The notes under the pieces were generated by a model. The model ran no database searches, had not been told where the DNA came from, and saw nothing but the letters and a program-made list of their open reading frames with translations. From a virus (lineage: Duplodnaviria > Caudoviricetes), in the IMG/VR virus record IMGVR_UViG_3300027787_000002, positions 1 through 53,200 of that record: a stretch of DNA of 53,200 bases; one strand, 5' to 3'. Both the position numbers and the translations under genes were made by a program. Positions 17,146-26,754 of this stretch are shown here, piece after piece (the stretch's first letter is position 1; each line of letters begins with the position of its first letter).

Positions 17146-19380
17146 ATGGACCTACTGAGTCAGGAAACCGATGCTGCACGGGAAGCATTCTTTCGTACGG
17201 CATTTGGTGTACACAAGGGCTATGTTAGCCTGGCGTTCCTAACACCTGACAAGACGAACTTCTGGGAACAGTACTTCATGTACCCTCAGGAGTTGCCAGA
17301 GATGCTAAGAGAGATTCGACTCCAGGTAGCGTCGCATAACGTATACTTTTGTCCTCAGCTCTTCCGAAGCAGGAAACGTAAGAAGGAAGAGGTACTACTA
17401 ACACCGACAGCCTGGTCAGATCTAGACACCTGTGACCCGAAACACCTCCTAGTACAACCCACAATCCTCATCGAGTCATCCGCACATAGATGGCAAGCCC
17501 TGTGGACTCTTGACAACGTCGACCCCGATGATGCAGAGTTCCTCTCCAAGAGGATCGCGTACCATCACGCAACAGAGGGTGCGGACCGTACAGGTTGGGA
17601 CCTAACTCAGCTTCTCAGAGTACCTCTGACCTACAACTACAAGTACAGTGCGGTAGCAGGCGAGCAGCAGGTAGTCAGGTTAGCTAAGTACCATCCTTCT
17701 TCGTACCGCATGAGTGACTTCGAGGATTATCCGCGTACAGCGGATGAGAACACCGTAGCCATTCCTATGCCTCTACCAGAAGAGCTTGGCGAGTCAGCCG
17801 AAGCACTCCTGCAAGAGAAGCGCAGAATGATGAACCCGCTCCTGTGGTCTCTATATAACACGGAGCCCGACGAGGACTGGAGCAAGCCTCTATGGCAGCT
17901 ACACATGCTGTGCTTCGAAGCAGGCTTCTCCATGGAAGAGTCATTCCTCATTGCGAGGGATGCAAAGTGTAACAAGTACGCTAGAGATAATCGATCCGAG
18001 AAGTTACTATGGAAGGAAGTTCTAAGAGCTCATGCACGGGGGAAGGCTACGGAAGGACTTTTCGACCTTCCAGAAGGACCTGAGCACACTACGCTTCTTA
18101 CTCCCGAGGAGCAGGAAGCAGTCAAGCGTCAACCCGATTCGTTCGTCGAACGTTACATCTCTTGGGCCCGAGGCTTGGGAGATGCCGCACACCAGTATCA
18201 TCAAGCTGGAGCATTTGTCATCCTGTCCACGTTGCTCTCAGGTAACGTACGACTACCCACTAGCTTCGGAACCTTTATCCCTAACCTCTGGTTCATGATC
18301 CTAGCGGATACTACTCTGACTCGTAAGACTACTGCAATGGACATAGCAGTAGATCTGATAGCTGAGATCGACTCCGATGCCATCCTGGCTACAGACGGTT
18401 CCATTGAAGGACTCATGACATCGTTGTCATTGCGTCCAGGTCGTCCTAGCATCTTCCTGAGGGATGAGTTCTCAGGTCTGCTAGACTCGATGACTAAGAA
18501 AGACTACTACGCAGGTATGGCGGAGGTGTTCACCAAATTATACGACGGAAAGATGCAGAAGCGGGTCCTCCGGAAGGAGATATTAGAGGTACGGGACCCG
18601 AGGCTAATTTTGTTCGCTGGTGGAATCAAGAACAAAGTGACGGGTCTCCTGACCTTCGAACAAGTCTCGTCAGGCTTTATGCCACGATTCATATTTATTA
18701 CGGCCAAGTCGGACGTGACGAAGTTGAAGCCGCTTGGGCCACCTACCGATCTGACGAGGAACAACCAAGAAGTAATCCTGGACGAAATGAGGGATCTAGC
18801 AGCTCACTACCAGCAGATGACAACCCTAGAGCTAAAGAACGTTCCGGGAAAGATCGAGTCACCTCTAATGTGGGATGCTCAGATGACTCCGGAAGCATGG
18901 ATCCGTTACAACGAGCTAGAGTTCAAGATGCTAGAGGCAGGGACTGCGAGTGAGTTCAGGGCAGACGTCCTTACCCCTACCTACGACCGACTCAGCAAGT
19001 CCATCCTCAAGGCAGCCGTCCTGTTGGCTGCTTCACGATCTCGAGCCGAGCAAATCATTGTCGAGCTCGACGATGTGCTGCGTGCCATTCATTATGGTGA
19101 GCAGTGGAAGATACATGCTGACGATGTCATGTCCAACATCGGCAAGACTACATATGAGCGACAGATCATTAACATCCACAGACTCGTTTGGCGAAAGCCT
19201 GGATGTAGTCGGTCCCAAGTAATGCAGCACTACCACCTCAATGCGAAGGTCACTACAGAGGTGTTCCAGACAATGGAGCAGCGAGGCTTGATCATCGTCA
19301 AGCGTACAGGTCGAACCGAACAGTTGTTTCCGACAGCAATTCATCCACCAGAGGAGTACAATGGGAACCAGCCAGGCTGA
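17146..19380 (+). CDS. Primase-helicase (RepB-type primase plus DUF3987-like ATPase)
   Basis: YFCPQ, WSDLD, ESS..RWQALW, LLRVP.T.NYKY; C-terminal RKTT, DEF, SGFMPRF. Confidence 0.85.
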   Translation: MDLLSQETDAAREAFFRTAFGVHKGYVSLAFLTPDKTNFWEQYFMYPQELPEMLREIRLQVASHNVYFCPQLFRSRKRKKEEVLLTPTAWSDLDTCDPKHLLVQPTILIESSAHRWQALWTLDNVDPDDAEFLSKRIAYHHATEGADRTGWDLTQLLRVPLTYNYKYSAVAGEQQVVRLAKYHPSSYRMSDFEDYPRTADENTVAIPMPLPEELGESAEALLQEKRRMMNPLLWSLYNTEPDEDWSKPLWQLHMLCFEAGFSMEESFLIARDAKCNKYARDNRSEKLLWKEVLRAHARGKATEGLFDLPEGPEHTTLLTPEEQEAVKRQPDSFVERYISWARGLGDAAHQYHQAGAFVILSTLLSGNVRLPTSFGTFIPNLWFMILADTTLTRKTTAMDIAVDLIAEIDSDAILATDGSIEGLMTSLSLRPGRPSIFLRDEFSGLLDSMTKKDYYAGMAEVFTKLYDGKMQKRVLRKEILEVRDPRLILFAGGIKNKVTGLLTFEQVSSGFMPRFIFITAKSDVTKLKPLGPPTDLTRNNQEVILDEMRDLAAHYQQMTTLELKNVPGKIESPLMWDAQMTPEAWIRYNELEFKMLEAGTASEFRADVLTPTYDRLSKSILKAAVLLAASRSRAEQIIVELDDVLRAIHYGEQWKIHADDVMSNIGKTTYERQIINIHRLVWRKPGCSRSQVMQHYHLNAKVTTEVFQTMEQRGLIIVKRTGRTEQLFPTAIHPPEEYNGNQPG

Positions 19381-20176
19381 CAAGCCTCGAGTCGTTGTCG
19401 TGTTTAGTGGCGGACTAGACAGTACGACGGTCGTGTACGATGCTCTGAATCAAGGTTTCACAGTCGACCTAGTCTCATTCAACTACGGACAGAAGCATAA
19501 GAAGGAGCTGGAGTATGCTAAGCGGACCGCTATTCGATTGGGTCTTCGTCATGACGTCGTTGACCTTAGCAGCCTTACTCCCCTTCTGGCTGAATCTGGA
19601 AGCTCGCTCGTATCGGAAACGAAAGTACCTGAAGGTCACTACGCGGAAGAAAACATGAAGCTGACGGTTGTACCTAACCGTAACATGATCATGTTGTCCA
19701 TCGCTGGCGGCCTAGCAGTAGCTCGAGGAGCTAAGCACGTCATCACAGGCGTTCATGCAGGTGACCATGACGTGTATCCTGACTGCAGGTACGACTTCAT
19801 CATGGCAACTAGCACTGCACTCATCGAGGGCAACGAAGGCTTTGGTGACATGCAAGGAGTTATCGCTCCCTACATTGGTAGGAGTAAGGCAGACATTGCC
19901 TACAGAGCTATTGTCCTAGGTGTTCCTCTTGAAGAGACCTGGAGCTGCTACAAGGGTGCTCACGTCCACTGCGGTAAGTGTGGAACCTGCGTCGAGAGAC
20001 TCGAAGCCATCCACGAAGCGTACGACAGGCTCAAGGGCGAAGGTGCTGGCCAGGTTGTCGTAGGAGACTTCGAAGGCGTTACGTACTACAAGAGGTACGA
20101 AGACGTCGACAAGACTGACTACAACGACATTCACTTCTGGAAAGAAGCTACTCAAGAGTATCAGGAGAACAACTAA
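19361..20176 (+). CDS. queC: 7-cyano-7-deazaguanine synthase
   Basis: SGGLDS, VPNRN, YPDCR, TWSCY, CGKCGTC. Confidence 0.97.
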   Translation: MGTSQADKPRVVVVFSGGLDSTTVVYDALNQGFTVDLVSFNYGQKHKKELEYAKRTAIRLGLRHDVVDLSSLTPLLAESGSSLVSETKVPEGHYAEENMKLTVVPNRNMIMLSIAGGLAVARGAKHVITGVHAGDHDVYPDCRYDFIMATSTALIEGNEGFGDMQGVIAPYIGRSKADIAYRAIVLGVPLEETWSCYKGAHVHCGKCGTCVERLEAIHEAYDRLKGEGAGQVVVGDFEGVTYYKRYEDVDKTDYNDIHFWKEATQEYQENN

Positions 20177-20637
20177 TGGGTGACCTCGAAGTCTACACAG
20201 TCAGTAAGGAAGTGGAGTTCGATGCAGGGCATAGAGTTCCGAATCACAAGAGCAAGTGCAGGAACCCGCATGGACATCGGTATCGACTTCGAGTTACTAT
20301 TACCGGTCAGATTGTTCAGACGCCTGGTGCAAGCGACGAAGGAATGCTTGCAGACTTTGGGGATCTAAAGACCCTTATGACTGAGCACGTCCACGATGTT
20401 CTCGACCATGGCTTCATCGCGTACGAGGATGATGAGCTCATTATGAGCATGTTCGCAGGCGAGTATGTTGAGGACTTCAAACTCATCGTCGTCCCTTTCA
20501 TCCCTACCGCCGAGAACCTCGCCAAGTGGTGCTGGGATCAACTGGAGGTACACATTCTAAACATGGGCTTTATTCCGACCGTAGTCGAGCTGTGGGAGAC
20601 TCCCACGTCCAAGGCAACGTACGCGGTGTACAGATGA
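20176..20637 (+). CDS. queD: 6-carboxy-tetrahydropterin synthase
   Basis: FDAGHR, CRNPHGH, LDH, PTAEN, WETP. Confidence 0.95.
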   Translation: MGDLEVYTVSKEVEFDAGHRVPNHKSKCRNPHGHRYRLRVTITGQIVQTPGASDEGMLADFGDLKTLMTEHVHDVLDHGFIAYEDDELIMSMFAGEYVEDFKLIVVPFIPTAENLAKWCWDQLEVHILNMGFIPTVVELWETPTSKATYAVYR

Positions 20638-21353
20638 CAAAACTTCGCGTGTCCGAGATCTATCTAAGCATCCAGGGTGAAGGTCCGAGAGTTGGCGCTC
20701 CTACTGTTTTTGTACGTTTCGCTGGCTGCAATCTGCGTTGTCCTGGTTGGCCTTGCGACACTCCTCATGCTATTGATCCACAAATCTATCGTACTGATGC
20801 TAAGCTTCTTACGCCAGAGGAGATCATCGCAGAGGTCGAAAAGGTAGCACCTGGGGGAGCAGACATCTGTTACACAGGAGGTGAACCTTTCCTACAGAAC
20901 CACGACAGCTTCTTCCAGGTTGTCGAGGGCCTAGCTAAGACTGGATACATCACTCAGGAAGCATTCACCAATGGTACCTTAGAGTATCCAGAGTGGGCCT
21001 ATGAGTGGATGTTCCTAGTCCTAGACTGGAAGCTCACGGGTGCAGGTGAAGAGGTGAACATCCTCGGCACTGAAGGCACTCAGTCAACTCGCTTGAAGAA
21101 CGTCGAACGAATGAACGAGGGTGACGTAGTCAAGTTCACTATCAAGAACGAGGCTGACTACGAAGAAGCCAAGCGCTGGTACGAACTTCTAGGCGAGCTT
21201 AGCGACAAAGCTAACTTCATCTACGGAGTAGTATGGGGAGCACTCGAGCCTAGTCAGCTCATCGAATGGGTCCTACGAGATGAACTGGTCGAGTGGACCT
21301 ACAGCCATCAACTGCACAACGTCATTTGGGATCGGAGCAAGCGTGGCATCTGA
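20634..21353 (+). CDS. queE: 7-carboxy-7-deazaguanine synthase (radical SAM)
   Basis: SIQGEG, FVRFAGCNLRC...CDT, TGGEP, TNGT, QLH. Confidence 0.95.
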   Translation: MTKLRVSEIYLSIQGEGPRVGAPTVFVRFAGCNLRCPGWPCDTPHAIDPQIYRTDAKLLTPEEIIAEVEKVAPGGADICYTGGEPFLQNHDSFFQVVEGLAKTGYITQEAFTNGTLEYPEWAYEWMFLVLDWKLTGAGEEVNILGTEGTQSTRLKNVERMNEGDVVKFTIKNEADYEEAKRWYELLGELSDKANFIYGVVWGALEPSQLIEWVLRDELVEWTYSHQLHNVIWDRSKRGI

Positions 21354-21990
21354 AGCTGAGTTCTTGGGTAACAAGCCTGAACTTGAAGGTCTTCTCGCAC
21401 AAGCCTTCGTCAGGAAGCGCAAGACGGACTTCGAACTGAACCTGAGAACTACCGAAGACTCTGTGAGGGAATTTCTCGAAAGTCTCGACGCCTGGGGTGA
21501 AGTTGAAGAAGACCACAGGGCGAAGACACCTGCTCGTATGCTGAATATGTTTAAGGAGATGACAACGCGTGAGCCCTTCGACTTTACTACCTTCCCGGCC
21601 AAGACCCAGGACATGGTTACTCTTGGTCCGTTACCTTTCTACAGTCTGTGCGCTCATCATACTGCTCCCTTTTTTGGGAATGCTTTCGTTGGCTATGTTC
21701 CTGAAGGACGAATTGCAGGCCTTTCGAAGTTCGCGCGAGCTGTCAAGCAGCAGGCGAAAGGTTTCCATGTTCAGGAGGAACTAACGCATGCCATCGCCAA
21801 CTTCATTCAGACCAATCTGGGTCCCAAGGGAGTTGCTGTCGTCCTTCGAGCCGAGCACCTATGTATGGCGATGCGGGGTGTGCAGCAGCCTGGTGTCATC
21901 ACCACCACCTCAGCAATGCTGGGTGTGTTTGGTGATCACTCCAGAACAGCTAAAGCCGAGTTCATGTCAATCATCGGAGGAACCAAATGA
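21343..21990 (+). CDS. folE: GTP cyclohydrolase I
   Basis: TPARM, SLCAHH, GLSK.AR, QEELT, AEHLCMAMRG. Confidence 0.95.
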   Translation: MASEAEFLGNKPELEGLLAQAFVRKRKTDFELNLRTTEDSVREFLESLDAWGEVEEDHRAKTPARMLNMFKEMTTREPFDFTTFPAKTQDMVTLGPLPFYSLCAHHTAPFFGNAFVGYVPEGRIAGLSKFARAVKQQAKGFHVQEELTHAIANFIQTNLGPKGVAVVLRAEHLCMAMRGVQQPGVITTTSAMLGVFGDHSRTAKAEFMSIIGGTK

Positions 21991-22322
21991 GCGGTAGGCC
22001 ACTCTCTCGTCTAGGCGAGATGGCCATCGAAGCTGATGGGGATAGTCGTCGTTGGTTCTCCGGGACAGCAGATGACCTCTTCTTCATTACAGCTTGCATG
22101 TCAGGTGAAGCAGGTGAAGCGGTCAACAAGCTGAAGAAGGTTTACCGTAACGGCCAAATGAACCAGATGACTCCCGTGGAGCGTCATGAGTTCGTTATGG
22201 AATTGGTAGACGTTCTGACCTACTTGCTAGACGCGTTCGCCCTGATGAAGGTTGATCCCGAACGTGCTTACTACCAGAAGCGTGCGGACAACGAAAAGCG
22301 TTTTGGAGGAAGGGTAGCATGA
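21987..22322 (+). CDS. MazG-like nucleotide pyrophosphohydrolase
   Basis: GEAGE...KK...ELVDV (ExxE...ExxD) motif. Confidence 0.85.
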   Translation: MSGRPLSRLGEMAIEADGDSRRWFSGTADDLFFITACMSGEAGEAVNKLKKVYRNGQMNQMTPVERHEFVMELVDVLTYLLDAFALMKVDPERAYYQKRADNEKRFGGRVA

Positions 22323-22621
22323 CCGATTCTCTTGACCCTACCGAGTTGATGAGTGAGTTCGCCAGAGAGTTCGATGAGAAGTGCATCGAGCGACATGAGT
22401 TCGGTCAGGAGAAGTACGGTCCGTTTAGCTTCCTCGGCAAGGATATGATCCAGGAAGCGCTGTTGGAATGTCTGGATACCGCTAACTACATGCGCTACCA
22501 GTACATCAAGCTTCGGATGGTTCAGCTGTACCTCGCTCAGGACCCTCGGCTAGCTGGACTCGCTGACTCCGAGGGGAACATTACCATTGGGGCTGAGAGC
22601 TTTAAGGGAGCACTACAGTGA
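22319..22621 (+). CDS. Second all-alpha NTP-pyrophosphatase-like protein
   Basis: R...G.EKYG...EALLECLDTANY resembles phage MazG-superfamily proteins. Confidence 0.55.
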   Translation: MTDSLDPTELMSEFAREFDEKCIERHEFGQEKYGPFSFLGKDMIQEALLECLDTANYMRYQYIKLRMVQLYLAQDPRLAGLADSEGNITIGAESFKGALQ

Positions 22622-23400
22622 AGATGATCTATATCCCTCCACTGCAAATGATTACTGAGACAGGTAAGTCGAGGTTGCAGCTTATGCTTCCTCACATGAC
22701 CTCTCATGAGACCTATGCTCGACACTTCCACAAGGCTAAGGGACTAGGCAGGTACACCATTCTAGACAATGGTGCCGCTGAGGGAGTTGACATCACTCCT
22801 GCTAGGCTATCTAGTACAGCCTGGAACTACAAAGTCGACGAGCTTGTTCTTCCTGATGCTATGGGAGACCCAGAACGGACACTCCACCTGGCTATAGACT
22901 TCCATGCGTCGGAGCGTCATCGTATTCCGGTAAAGACCAAACTAGGATACGTACTCCACGGGAACAACGCTATGTCAACCTATGAGACGTACTTAGCTCT
23001 TCGAGAAACAGTCTTGTTCAAGTGGATCAGAGTTCTGTACCTGCCTCGAAGGCTCGTAACGGAAGATGATCCCTTTGCTAGGCTAGCTGCAGCTAGGACC
23101 ATCTTGGAGGTCGAGGGAACAGCTGACCGAAGGATTCACTTCCTAGGTGCAGCCCCTACCTTCTTGCGAGAGCCTCTGCATGTTACAAAGCAGAAGCTAC
23201 CCATTAGGAGTATGGACACCTCTGCACCTTTCGTCTACGCCATCAGGGGAAGAAGTGTAGACACACGAATGAGCATCCGTCGAGAAGTTGATACGTACTT
23301 CGGGACTCCTATGTCGAACGCGACTAAGGAGTTGGCGATGACCAATATGACTACCATGGATGGGTGGGCAAGTGAGGAAGCATCCCTTAGCGCAGTGTGA
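22618..23400 (+). CDS. Divergent TGT-fold guanine transglycosylase (DpdA-like)
   Basis: ILDNGA, VLPDAMGD, IHFLG, SMDTS echo TGT/DpdA motifs; directly follows que genes. Confidence 0.65.
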   Translation: MKMIYIPPLQMITETGKSRLQLMLPHMTSHETYARHFHKAKGLGRYTILDNGAAEGVDITPARLSSTAWNYKVDELVLPDAMGDPERTLHLAIDFHASERHRIPVKTKLGYVLHGNNAMSTYETYLALRETVLFKWIRVLYLPRRLVTEDDPFARLAAARTILEVEGTADRRIHFLGAAPTFLREPLHVTKQKLPIRSMDTSAPFVYAIRGRSVDTRMSIRREVDTYFGTPMSNATKELAMTNMTTMDGWASEEASLSAV

Positions 23401-25750
23401 GATATGTCCGCTCAATGAGGTAGGCAAGTATGTCCCTTCAGAGATCCCGACCTCAGGGAAGGCACAAATTGCTTTTGTTGGCGAGGCACCGGGAGTCCAG
23501 GAAGCTCGCACGGGTCGCCCTTTCAGTGGTCCTTCTGGAGCTCTTCTCAATCGTGTACTTAGTCATCATCGTATTAGCCGGAAGGAAGTAGTACTAACCA
23601 ATGCGTGCCTTTGTCGCCCGCCGGATAACGCGACTCCTCCTACGATGGCTGTCAAAGCATGCCGAGATCGTCTCGCGGGAGAGCTCGAAGCCGCGTCAGT
23701 CAGGACCGCGGTGGCACTCGGTAACACTGCAGCTCAAGCGCTCACGGGTAAAACTGGTGTTACAAAGTTACGAGTCGGGTCGGGTATCCCATCTAGCTTC
23801 GATCCAGATCTTAGGGTCGTCACCACCCTTCATCCTGCGTACTGTCTTAGAAATGCTGATGGGTTCCCTTCCCTCATCATTGACATAGGAAAGGTAGTCA
23901 ACCCTGGTGTCCAGTTTACCCCTCCAAAGTACAGAGTCGTTCTTAACCCAATACACGCTATCAGGATCCTCAGAGAACTTCTTCGAGGAGAAGGCCCTCT
24001 TGTTGTCGACATTGAGACAGACGTTGAAAAGGATGTCGGCTTCGGTCACCCTAACCAGCACACTATGCTCTGTATTGGAGTCGGCAAGCGAAAGGAAGGA
24101 TACTTTGTATTTGCTGACGCTGCACTTAACAAGCGATTCTACCGCGCACTCAGAATCGTTCTCCTACGCAGAGGTGTCGTCGCCCAGAATGGGAAATTTG
24201 ACCTTGCCGGACTATACCGCTTCATTGGGTCAGTACCTCTAAAGTTCGACACGCTGCTAGCATCGTACGCCTTCGACGAGCGTCCAGGTATTCATGGCCT
24301 CAAGCATCAGGCACAGGAGTACTTAGGCGCTCCACCCTATGACGACGAGGTCAAGAAGTATGTCGGTCCCGGTGAAGGTTACGGCGCTATCCCGAGAGAT
24401 ATCCTGTACAAGTACAACGCGTACGATATTTATTGCACGGATCTCTTGCAAGAGATGTACGAGAGGAGGTTTAGTAACCATCCAGACGCAAGGCGACTCC
24501 ACGATTTTCTGGTGGCTGCATCCGGAGAACTCATGTTCGTGGAGCTTAATGGACTGGCAGTTGACGTTGCATACCTGAAGGAACTAGAGAAGCAGTTCAT
24601 CGCCAGCCTGAACGAGATCGAACAGCGGATGGATCTACAGCTCAAGAACAACCCCAAGGTTCCTGTTGACTTCGTCAACCCTAGATCGCCTCAGCAAGTC
24701 AAGAAGGTACTCCATGCATTAGGTATGAAGGTAGGTTCAACAGAGAAGGAGACACTGTATAAGATCCTCGATTACTGTAAGCAGCTCGCTACCCAGAAGG
24801 GGATGTTGCCAGAAGAGTTCCCGATCTTTAACTTCGTAACGGTCCTGCTTCAGCATCGTAAGGAGGCGAAGCTCTATGGCACCTACGTCAAGGGTATTCG
24901 GAAGCGACTGTACCGTGGAAGGGTGTACCCGACATTCCTTGTCCATGGAACTACTACCGGACGGCTCTCTTGCAGGAATCCTAACCTGCAGAACATCCCA
25001 CGAGGTAGCAACATTCGAAACCTCTTCGTCCCTGCTCGACCAGGCAATGTCTTCGTCCAAGCCGATTATAGTCAGGCTGAGCTGCGAGTGCTCACCTGGT
25101 TGGCTGGCTGTATCTATTTTCGCGACATCTTCAATGCTGGTGACGTTGATCTATTCGACGAGCTCACACCGGTGCTCTACCCCAGGCTTGCATCTAAGTC
25201 GAGTGTACATCCGGGGGAGTGGAAAGAAATCCGTATTCGTGTCAAGGCTTTCGTTTACGGGTTGGGTTACGGTCGAGGAGAGGGTTCTATCGCAGAAGAG
25301 TTCAAGATCCCGTTCTCCGAAGCACTTACTCTCAAACGGAACTTCTTCTCAGTCATCCCCGAGATTGTCACTTGGCAGAAGGCGATCCAAGCTAAGGTCC
25401 ACGCAGGAGAAGATCTCAAGACCCCCTTCGGCAGAGTTCGACGATTCCCTCTCATTACTGAACAGAACAAGCACGAGGTCGATAAGGAAGCATTAGCATT
25501 CCTGCCTCAGTCGATATCATCAGATGCCTGCCTAGGAGCAATGGTCAATGTCAGGAGAGACCTCAAGGGAACCGGATGGGTTCGCAACATTGTTCACGAC
25601 TCAATTCTATCCGAGTGCGCCCCACGAGATGCTGAGCGAGTCGGATCGGTTATGGATCAACGAATGCTTGAGTCGGCAGAAGCGATCGTCCAAGGTTACG
25701 TCAAGTTCGCTACAGAGAGTAAGATCGGCACAAGTTGGGGAGAGGTATAG
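23372..25750 (+). CDS. polA: Family A DNA polymerase with N-terminal family-4 uracil-DNA glycosylase and 3'-5' exonuclease
   Basis: UDG: CxxC, GEAPG, TN..CRPP, HPAY. Exo: DIET, NGKFD, YNAYD. Pol: TTTGRLS, DYSQAELR, KAFVYGLGYG, VHDS. Confidence 0.95.
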   Translation: MRKHPLAQCEICPLNEVGKYVPSEIPTSGKAQIAFVGEAPGVQEARTGRPFSGPSGALLNRVLSHHRISRKEVVLTNACLCRPPDNATPPTMAVKACRDRLAGELEAASVRTAVALGNTAAQALTGKTGVTKLRVGSGIPSSFDPDLRVVTTLHPAYCLRNADGFPSLIIDIGKVVNPGVQFTPPKYRVVLNPIHAIRILRELLRGEGPLVVDIETDVEKDVGFGHPNQHTMLCIGVGKRKEGYFVFADAALNKRFYRALRIVLLRRGVVAQNGKFDLAGLYRFIGSVPLKFDTLLASYAFDERPGIHGLKHQAQEYLGAPPYDDEVKKYVGPGEGYGAIPRDILYKYNAYDIYCTDLLQEMYERRFSNHPDARRLHDFLVAASGELMFVELNGLAVDVAYLKELEKQFIASLNEIEQRMDLQLKNNPKVPVDFVNPRSPQQVKKVLHALGMKVGSTEKETLYKILDYCKQLATQKGMLPEEFPIFNFVTVLLQHRKEAKLYGTYVKGIRKRLYRGRVYPTFLVHGTTTGRLSCRNPNLQNIPRGSNIRNLFVPARPGNVFVQADYSQAELRVLTWLAGCIYFRDIFNAGDVDLFDELTPVLYPRLASKSSVHPGEWKEIRIRVKAFVYGLGYGRGEGSIAEEFKIPFSEALTLKRNFFSVIPEIVTWQKAIQAKVHAGEDLKTPFGRVRRFPLITEQNKHEVDKEALAFLPQSISSDACLGAMVNVRRDLKGTGWVRNIVHDSILSECAPRDAERVGSVMDQRMLESAEAIVQGYVKFATESKIGTSWGEV

Positions 25751-25998
25751 TGAAACTGTTAGCGGTTATCGTCTGCACAGTCGGATTATGTCTGACCTGG
25801 CTAAGCATAGAGCTCCAGCCAGAGATCGCAGGTCCGAAGAAGACATTCCAGTACGTCCCAAGTACCCAACCCACAGGCTTCCCGAAGACCCAGTCTACTG
25901 GTGTTGACAAGAAGTCCTTGATCATCCAACAGGATGTCAACTGCTGGTTGGGTGGAGTAGTCGGTGCGACCTGTGGTTCAGACCGGACCTACTTGTAA
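25750..25998 (+). CDS. Small membrane or secreted protein
   Basis: Hydrophobic N-terminus; start approximate. Confidence 0.5.
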   Translation: MKLLAVIVCTVGLCLTWLSIELQPEIAGPKKTFQYVPSTQPTGFPKTQSTGVDKKSLIIQQDVNCWLGGVVGATCGSDRTYL

Positions 25999-26222
25999 TG
26001 GTCCGCATCTTTGTCCATCCAAGTTACGTCCGTTCCAAGAATGACAATGACAGACACTTCGTAGGCTTCATGCAATTGTGTCGTCTGTTCAAGCTGAACC
26101 CTCGAGAGTGCATTAACATGCATGATCCAAGTAACCAGCATGGCCACGGCAAGCAAGATGGCGACAGGCATTACTTCCCTCTCTACGACGGGAACTATCC
26201 TCTATTCGATAAGGAGGACTGA
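25998..26222 (+). CDS. Hypothetical protein
   Basis: TAATG overlap. Confidence 0.55.
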   Translation: MVRIFVHPSYVRSKNDNDRHFVGFMQLCRLFKLNPRECINMHDPSNQHGHGKQDGDRHYFPLYDGNYPLFDKED

Positions 26223-26482
26223 TGGCCGAACATGGTACCGTTGCCAGGTACAAGCAGCACGTCCGAGAGAAGGATGAGGCTTGTCGTCCCTGTAAGGATG
26301 CTACTGCAGCCTACCAGAGAGAACTCTTCGAGAATAACCCACAGGCACGCATAGATGATAGGCTGAAGAAGAGAGCGGTCTCAAGAGCAGCAACACGTCT
26401 GAAGAATCTGCACCGAGTAGAGTGGGAAGTCTTCTACCAGGAGGAGTTGAGGAAAGAGTATGGTACGAGGACAAGCGAGTAA
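26222..26482 (+). CDS. Hypothetical protein (HGT...Y..H...CxxC)
   Basis: AAGGAGG RBS; Zn-binding-like motif. Confidence 0.65.
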   Translation: MAEHGTVARYKQHVREKDEACRPCKDATAAYQRELFENNPQARIDDRLKKRAVSRAATRLKNLHRVEWEVFYQEELRKEYGTRTSE

Positions 26483-26753
26483 GGTCGGAGACACTCGAAC
26501 CTCTAGCAATGGTTACCACTACACCCGTACCAAAGACGCCTGGAAGCTTACACACCACTTGCTGGCAGAAGAGAAGTTGGGGAGACCTCTGAAAGGGAAT
26601 GAGCGCGTTGTCTTCATCGACAAGAACAGGAAGAACCTCGATCCTACCAACTTGAAGGTACAAGTTGTAGGTTCTGGATCAACTGCTAGAACTCGTGCCA
26701 GGATCGTCGCTCGCATCCAGGAGCTAACTGCTCAGCTAGAAGAGCTTAGCTAA
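26460..26753 (+). CDS. HNH-like protein, probably catalytically degenerate
   Basis: GY...H.LLAE..LGRPL...E.VVFID.NR.NL...NL; the usual His pair is replaced by VF. Confidence 0.6.
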   Translation: MVRGQASKVGDTRTSSNGYHYTRTKDAWKLTHHLLAEEKLGRPLKGNERVVFIDKNRKNLDPTNLKVQVVGSGSTARTRARIVARIQELTAQLEELS

Positions 26754-26754
26754 A

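Noticed and set aside
19361-21990. Auxiliary genes for tRNA queuosine synthesis
   Set aside because: No queF or queA, and embedded among DNA replication genes; DNA modification is the better reading
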